Source: Trichoplax sp. H2
Taxonomy: Eukaryota
Length of the DNA stretch: 64,000 nt
Assembly: GCA_003344405.1 (NCBI GenBank)
Contig: NOWV01000157.1
Span: 62,001 to 126,000, forward strand
Direction: 5' to 3'
In this document: one piece after another, positions 56,908 to 64,000 of the stretch
How positions within the stretch are numbered: the first letter of the stretch is position 1
Layout of the letters: the number at the start of each line of letters is the position of its first letter
Translations under genes and position numbers: made by a program
Notes under the pieces: generated by a model
Databases searched by the model: none
What the model was told of the DNA's origin: nothing
The model's input: the letters and a program-made list of their open reading frames with translations, nothing else

Positions 56908-57467
56908 ATGGTAAGTATCTTGAATCATACAATATAAATCACGTTGCTAAAGGTACATAAACCATTGTACATTTCTGCAGCTATGGAGAAAAGAAGTACG
57001 AATTAATCAATTCATGCCAATCATCGAATTAAATCATGCATTTGCAGCATACTATGGTGAACACCCTGTAGTACTGTGTATTTGCTATAGACTGTAGTTT
57101 GTTCTAATTAATACAGTACACAGCATATTTAAAAATCTCTTGCAGGCCAAGGAGAAAACAGATAGAGCCACTCTGAGTTTGCTAATCAGCTTATTTACTA
57201 CTCAGATTACGGCATCATTATGCTCTGAACAAGCAGATCACAGGCATCATTTGGATACCTTTGTACGTATGCTGTACATAATACTAAAATCATAATCATA
57301 ACTCAACAACAGCCTTTACCTTATAATAAAATGTGCTATAGATGATACCACATCCAGAAAGGCTTAGTAAAGCAGTTAATGGAGCTAAAATGACGATCCA
57401 GTTCATGGTACAAGGGGTCCTATTATGTTGGACGGAGAGTTATACCAAGGGATTAAATCGTAAATAA
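56908..57467 (+). other. Candidate small spliced ORF (86 aa), lncRNA or gene relic
   Basis: Splice-bounded segments 56828-56910, 56981-56995, 57146-57262 and 57342-57467 join in phase 0 from the ATG at 56908; no recognisable homology. Confidence 0.25.
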
Positions 57468-57684
57468 GACCATTAAGCTCGTTGTTGGGCACTGTACTAG
57501 ATCGATCGATGTCCGATTACTAACTGTTAGCTGTTTAGGCCAGTATCCCAATGTCATCAAAGCGTAGTTTGATATAGAAATAGTGTCTGGCCTAATATCG
57601 ATCACTGCCCTATACTTTAGTGTAAATGTAAAGCATGCGCTTAAGCCACCATTTGAAACGGCATACTGTACAGTGTACAGTTAA

Positions 57685-60285
57685 CCTCTCCACTTTCGGT
57701 CCTACATGCGCTCATTTGAATATCTCTGCTCGCCAACGCCTTATATTTAGCATAATAATATTAATCAAATCATCATCGAGTCGTGATCCAGTTAGAAGAT
57801 CTAAGGCATTGGTTTCGATCGAAAATTGCTCATTTGCCTTCAGCCTTGTTAGCGATTGAGCTTTGAGTTAATGCAATTTAATAGCTCAATTTCGAAACAT
57901 CTCTAATAATCTTGCAATTAAAGCTCATCTATTTGAACTCATTACTCGAATATCCTTCCTTCATAAGTTCAAATTGGAATCATCTTTTGCAATTTATCAA
58001 CATTCTATTTAGCTATCTGTAACAAAATCAAACGGCATCAGCAATATTGAAGACCCTTTATTGCTTTCAAGTTATGCAGTGCATGATTGGCAGAAAGTAC
58101 GAACACTAACGATTCAATTTTCAGGGTGTTTTCTAATAACCGATGTTATTATACGGTAGAAGTAGCCGTTGCAATCGGACAAAATCTTCCGTTTTAATCG
58201 ATTGATTGGTACTGCAGTAATCGTATTGCTAATGTGCTTTACATTATTTCGCAGGTAGACGCGTGCAAACTAGATTCAACATTGTTAATATCATTAGCAT
58301 GATATATTATCTCATCATCTGTATATCGCATGGAGCCATTCCTTAGGTCATGCTGCTATGCTAATAAATAAACGGTAAGTCACTGTAAATAGTAAAGTCG
58401 TATTCAATCTCAAGAAACGATGAATGGGTGTGACAGTGTTATATACTGTATTAGAGTAGAAATATCTATGTTCGGATAATTCTGTTAGTCTATTCTTATT
58501 TAGTTAACTTCTAATTTAGATATACTGTTTTTTTAAGATAGCACTAACATTTTATGACAGAGACACATATACACATACCGAAATTAACAGTTATAATAGG
58601 GATTGCAAATCATCTACTTACAGTTCGAATCATTGTGATTGTAACTTACTTATGGTAGATTGTAAAATTATCGTGGAAATGTTCCGTGATAGAGGACATA
58701 TCGTAATCTGACCATTCTGTATTAGTCATTAGATGTCTATGTTCGTAGATACTGTTGTCTGCATTAAGGGAGCAATAGCTATAATTAATATCTAATTCAG
58801 TGAATGATTCCAAAGTTAATCGTACTAACTATGACTCATGAACTATTGAGAAAGAGTATATAAATGGAGTATATCGTGTAATAAAGTGGATTCTCAAACT
58901 TAGTGTTTAACGTAAAATACGAGGCGTTTAAGTCTTTGTGTAGTCTGCTAGCAGAGCAAAAGTGTTTCTGATAGTGTAGATATCGTTCCTTGATACATGG
59001 TTCAAGGAATTAACTTATTGATCGTACATTACATTATCTTGTTGCAAAGCTGTTTTGTGACAATGGGTTATCGTTTTTAGCTCATCATTTGTTTAAAATT
59101 TAACAGTAAAGCAAACCTAGAGTAATGTAGTTTATATACAGCTTTAATTTAGGTAGGATAATAGTCATGATGGCTAAAGCTTTGAAAACCTACTTTAGAA
59201 AGTAAAAGTAAATGGACTCGTAGCATAGGATAGAGTAACCAAACCTCCCGATATTATTTTGTATGATTTACGTTGTGTTCATCTCAACAATTTTTCGACT
59301 ATTGCTACGTCGTAGTGATGTGTAGATCCGATATTGCTAAGTTTCCGTTATCGTTCAGTAGTTTCATGCCTAGCTACGTTATTAACTTGCGTTGTCAACT
59401 ACTAGATTGAAAAACGGACATAGAGACCATAAAGATTGACTTTATACTGTACGAGTATATGTATATGTATAAGTTATTAGAGTGTTAATCGCTCACACTA
59501 GCACCAGCTCTTCGCCGAATTTCTACGATATCGTACAGGCTAGTTATGTTGTAGTGTTTGTCCTTTGCTATAATGTTGCAAGCATTAACTAAGGCGTAAA
59601 GACCAAGGATTAAGCACTCCCGATTAAGGTTGAACTAGTTTGAACTACTTGACGCAAAATGTTAATTTTCACCTCAAATTACGAGTATGAGGATAGCAAG
59701 TGTGAGAGATCCCAAATGCTACCGTAGGATGATAGCCAAATATGGCATACTTGCCTTATTGGACTCGGAAAATGGTCATTGCTAGTAATCTCGTCATCAT
59801 AGTTTTGCCAATCAATTCTAAGATTTGTTACTATCATGACAAACATCCTGATCTCATTCGAGAGGCGGTCATTTTTCAAATTTACAGTAGAATACAATTT
59901 TCTATCGACGTTTCTCAATCAGCATATCATGATTAGCCTGAAAATATTTCAGGTTATTCTCAATCTTTTACCAGGTTGTGAGTTGGTTGCTTGTGCAGAT
60001 TTAAACTTTACGAAAGCCGTTTGGATGATTAGCTCTGGCCCAAAAAACCAGTGCACAGCTCGCTGTTTCATTTCATTTTGCCTATTTGTAACAGGTTTTA
60101 TGCCTTGCTCATCCATTTCATGTTTATCAACTCATCTTACGCCGTCTACTGAAGTTATAGAGCATTTTAGAGCTTTAGTCGAATAAGGTTGCAACTATGA
60201 AGGGCAGCTGGCATAAAAAAAATTGCTGCAAGTATCCCAAAATGAGCTAGCTATCCTCTTCTTGCAAGTCCCTGCCCTTCTCCAT
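57685..60285 (-). pseudogene. Probable decayed multi-exon gene divergent from EME1 (possibly B-box/coiled-coil)
   Basis: Protein-like frames broken by isolated stops at 60285-59972 (ends at a GTAAAA donor) and ~58016-57685 (helical, splice-site bounded); B-box-like spacing at 59783-59696. Confidence 0.35.
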
Positions 60286-60709
60286 ATCAATATGGCCCCA
60301 TTTCTAGGCTACAGTACACAGATACCGTAAACTTGCATTTATAGGTACGGTATTCCTATACTGTAAGCTAAGACATTGAGATGCTGTACTGTAGCATATC
60401 CATCGAGAAATTTGGCATTTCAGCTATAATCCAGGAGGCAGACAACGATTTTAGTTGTGTTATCTTATCCATTAAGGCCTAGCCAAGGCTTGATGACCTT
60501 TATAATTACTAGTGTATCCATATTGAATTGGACTGTCTACAAATACTAATTAACTCGTTCAAATTTGGCTAGGGGGATTGCTTAGTAAACGTAATCGACT
60601 TGGGAAAAATAACAAATTGACGATTATCGCTTGGATTGTTCATTTTAAAACGCTTCTTAAGACAATATATTGGATAATACGACGCTAGATTGGATTATGC
60701 GCGATAAAA

Positions 60710-63700
60710 ATGAGTAATTGGTTAGGTGGTGCAATATCAGATCAAATTGACCTGGACGATGATGAAGAACTTGGTAATGAATGGGGAATTTCTAGTAGTT
60801 ATGTTTCCGCATCATCTAAACCTGCTAAAGCTGTTGTTAAAGAAACTAAGGTATGCAATAGGTCTACTAGTACTAGACGATATCCCGATTTGAATAAGTA
60901 GATGCAAATTCTACATTGAATTGTGCTTGCATAAACTAATCTTGCTACTATAATATAATATACATTTATTAACAGTAAAGTATAACTGTAGCTAAGAAGA
61001 TAGTTGGCACTGGAAAATAGTGAACTAGCGCAGCATTGTACGCATAGAAATGAGATGTGATTGTTGCACTCTTATTATGCATTCGATGTGCGTTGTGCCA
61101 TGTACCGCTTGAGTTCTCATCGTAGGAAAGTTGTAGACGAACCAATGTGCTCATTCGATATCATCAACTGATGCTTTAGGGATCTCCATCAGATGATTTA
61201 ATTGACTACTATTTTTGGGAATTAAAAATGATTAGGTGGTTAGCTCAGTGAATCAGCTACCCATGCGGAACGATAAGAAGTCATCGTCGTCGGATTCTGG
61301 TCCAAGTTCCAGCCGAAGTGAAAACAGTCAGAAATCAACAGATCAGAATAACAAGAATAGTAAAGGCGGCGATCAGGATCGCAAGACAGCGATTCAAGCA
61401 ATTGTAGTTTTAGATTCCGATGAAGAAGTGGATGGAAAAGATTCAAGTGGTGGAGAATCTGTAGAGATAGATCGTCATCCATTATCACCTCCTTTCGGGA
61501 TCACCAGCAGCGATAAAAAATCCGATCAAAAAAGACCTTCCCATCATACCAAACGTGAAGATGGAGGGATATTCGAACCTCTTAAGTTGCAATCTGATGT
61601 AGCCCACGATGAAAATACTGTTAAATTGTTTAGTGATATAGACTCTGATTCTACATTATCGGTAGAAGATAGTGAAGACTTAAAGAGCACTAAACACGAA
61701 CATGTTGAAGGACACAGTAAGGAATCTCAGGATGAAATGAGCCAGACCCAAATTAAGATCAAGCCAGCCGCAGAAACAGCATTAGATCACTTGTCGATTC
61801 CTAAAGAGAACAACAACAACAATTCTAATTTGTCTCCGTTGAAAGATAAACCTGTAAGCTAACATGATGTCTTTATAGTTTCATTCGTAAAGCTAGAACA
61901 GCCTTGACTTGTGTATGCTAAAATGAACTACTGACCTAGAAACAGTAGTAAAGAGATTTAATAACATTTGCGATAATATCACGAATAGTAGTCCAATATA
62001 AGTCTTAAACCAATCATAATATAAATATTGCTACTATTATACACACAGGTGAGCGATGTTAATCAGCAACCAAGGAAGACGGAAAGAGCCAAAAATGATC
62101 TTTCAAAGTTGTTACACAATTCCAATTCTTCAGTTCTTAAGCATGATAACAGGAGTCACAGCAACATTTATTCTACATCTAACGACAAACCTGTTAAATC
62201 GCCTATAACCCATGATAGGAATAGCGATCAAAATACAAGTTTAAGAAGCTTCAATCTTGATCATGATATACCGAGCACTTGCGCAATAGACTCTCCAGTA
62301 CGATCTCGCGATGGAAAAGATGATAATTATAATTTGCCAGGAATTGATTCGATTTCAAGCTTGCCGAGTTGCTCTACCGTTATGGATAAGGTACCTGAAA
62401 ATTTATTGAATTACAAGAACGACGATGTAACAGGTGCAAGGAAAATGGAAGCTTTCTCCCCATTACATTCTGAGACATCACATGGCGAATATCTAGGCAT
62501 GTCTACATTAAACGGTGAGAAAGACATCGAAAATGACCCTGAAGCAAGTGAAATAAACCAACTTGATTATACTCGAAAAATGGAATCCGTAGATATGTTT
62601 GCGACGAACGCAAAGAAGGATACGCAAAAGCGTAAACGTAAAAGGATTGATAATGCTCAACCAGTACGTGATGATGATTTTAAAATTTTTATTAATTTTT
62701 ATATCGTTCCTTAAAGCGTAATAATAACGTGTACAGTATTGTAGCATTGCTGTACGATAATTAATATGATAGTATCTAAATATGACTGATAGAATGACTT
62801 AATAGCCATTTTAATCAAGACAGTAATTCAGTAATTAACATGTCATCTATTATGACATAACTCGGTAGAACAGAATTTGATTTTAATTGTAAGTGACACC
62901 TAGAATAGTCGACTAAACGTACTAATTGAAGCTGGTGTAGGCTGCATGTGGTAATCAATCACTAACTAATGTTACATTTTTTTCATGCAGTTGTTCATTA
63001 TCTTGTTTGAAGTATAATAAGTACTTTTCGGCCAGGGTACCATCTTTAAGTAACGAAACTTATATCGTTATCTCTGCTATTAATATTATACAATATTTCA
63101 GTTATACGAACATAATGATGATAACAAGAACTCCGGCAATATTTTGTTATCTAGTTGACAGAGAATCGTTAAAATGGCATTCCAGTTTTGAGTGTACATG
63201 AAATTAATTTCTTTCTATAGAGTAACTCTAAGATGCAAAGACAAGAAATAATACAGGAAAAGCGAAAGGCAAAATCTAGGAAAGAGGTATCATAATATAG
63301 TTTAGGCATTTGCAGTTATAGCAACATATTGGATACTTTCTCTTTAAAAGTAATAGTATTTTCCTTATTTTACTTTTTGTTGGAATCTACTAATTTTTTC
63401 ACTACTACCATATTACTAATAATATCAGGTAGAAAAAAAGGTCGCTAAATTAAATACCATGGAACATTGCATTGAAGTAAGCCTAATATTTCGGCGTTTT
63501 CCGTTCATGAAATGTACACCCCTAGCTGACTGCTTTATTGCAACTCTTTAGCTCATGTCTGTCCAAGCGGACCGCCGTTTACTAGAAGTTGACGGTGGTG
63601 AGGAAATTTGGAATTGTCTGAAGAAAAGTAAGGCGCATTGTAAGATAGCCGATAATGATGTAAAAAATACTGTGTTGTGGAAATGTGAAAGTATTGGAGT

Positions 63701-64000
63701 TTTCGAAAATGATGACAAGGTATGCGTGTCGTTTCATGATTTAGATGACGGTTAATTATTTTTACCTCCTAAATTCGTACATGACTATTTATTATGCATC
63801 ACTGATATGGTCTACGAATTGTTTTTATTTAAAGATATTTATATTTCATGTTTGTATTACTATCGTTAAGATTAACTTTAGTAATCGTCTGGATGGTGAA
63901 CTTTATTATAAAAATTTATTTTCACTGACTTCAGGTTAAAGTGAATCACACTGCTACAGAAACGGAAGACATCATGGTCTACATCACTTGTTTAAACTTT
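60710..64000 (+). CDS. EME1: Crossover junction endonuclease non-catalytic subunit EME1/EME2-like, 5' part
   Basis: Exons 60710-60850, 61236-61853, 62049-62663, 63221-63286, 63429-63476, 63552-63719, 63935->64000. Long acidic disordered N-terminus, a basic helix, then EHCIELMSVQADRRLLEVDGGEEIWNCLKKSKAHCKI...NTVLWK, resembling the start of the EME1 ERCC4-like domain. Confidence 0.78.

Overview
AT-rich, gene-dense animal genomic DNA with many short GT-AG introns. The style and gene content suggest an early-branching metazoan, most likely a placozoan (Trichoplax-like); this is an inference. Nine intact genes could be reconstructed by hand: RPL3 (-), an orphan signal-peptide/Ig-like/EGF/TM protein (-), an intronless RASD/DIRAS-type GTPase (+) behind a ~17 kb stretch with no intact gene, NDUFB10 (-) head-to-head with MRPS22 (+), a SEPT3/9-group septin (+), FoxK (+), CHTF18 (+) and the 5' part of EME1 (+, runs off the window). 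Non-coding features include a 188-bp higher-order satellite, several local duplications, a 51-bp inverted repeat and probable decayed genes (class A GPCR, ankyrin, possibly B-box/coiled-coil). The most notable observations are: (1) an apparent degenerate EF-hand pair fused to the septin N-terminus, with two competing splice donors that could switch it on or off; (2) dense CAGTA/TACTG pentamer islands at the housekeeping-gene promoters; (3) a neuregulin-like Ig-EGF-TM architecture; (4) gene linkage matching the human 16p13.3/17/22/7 paralogon. All exon models were read manually and lack transcript support.
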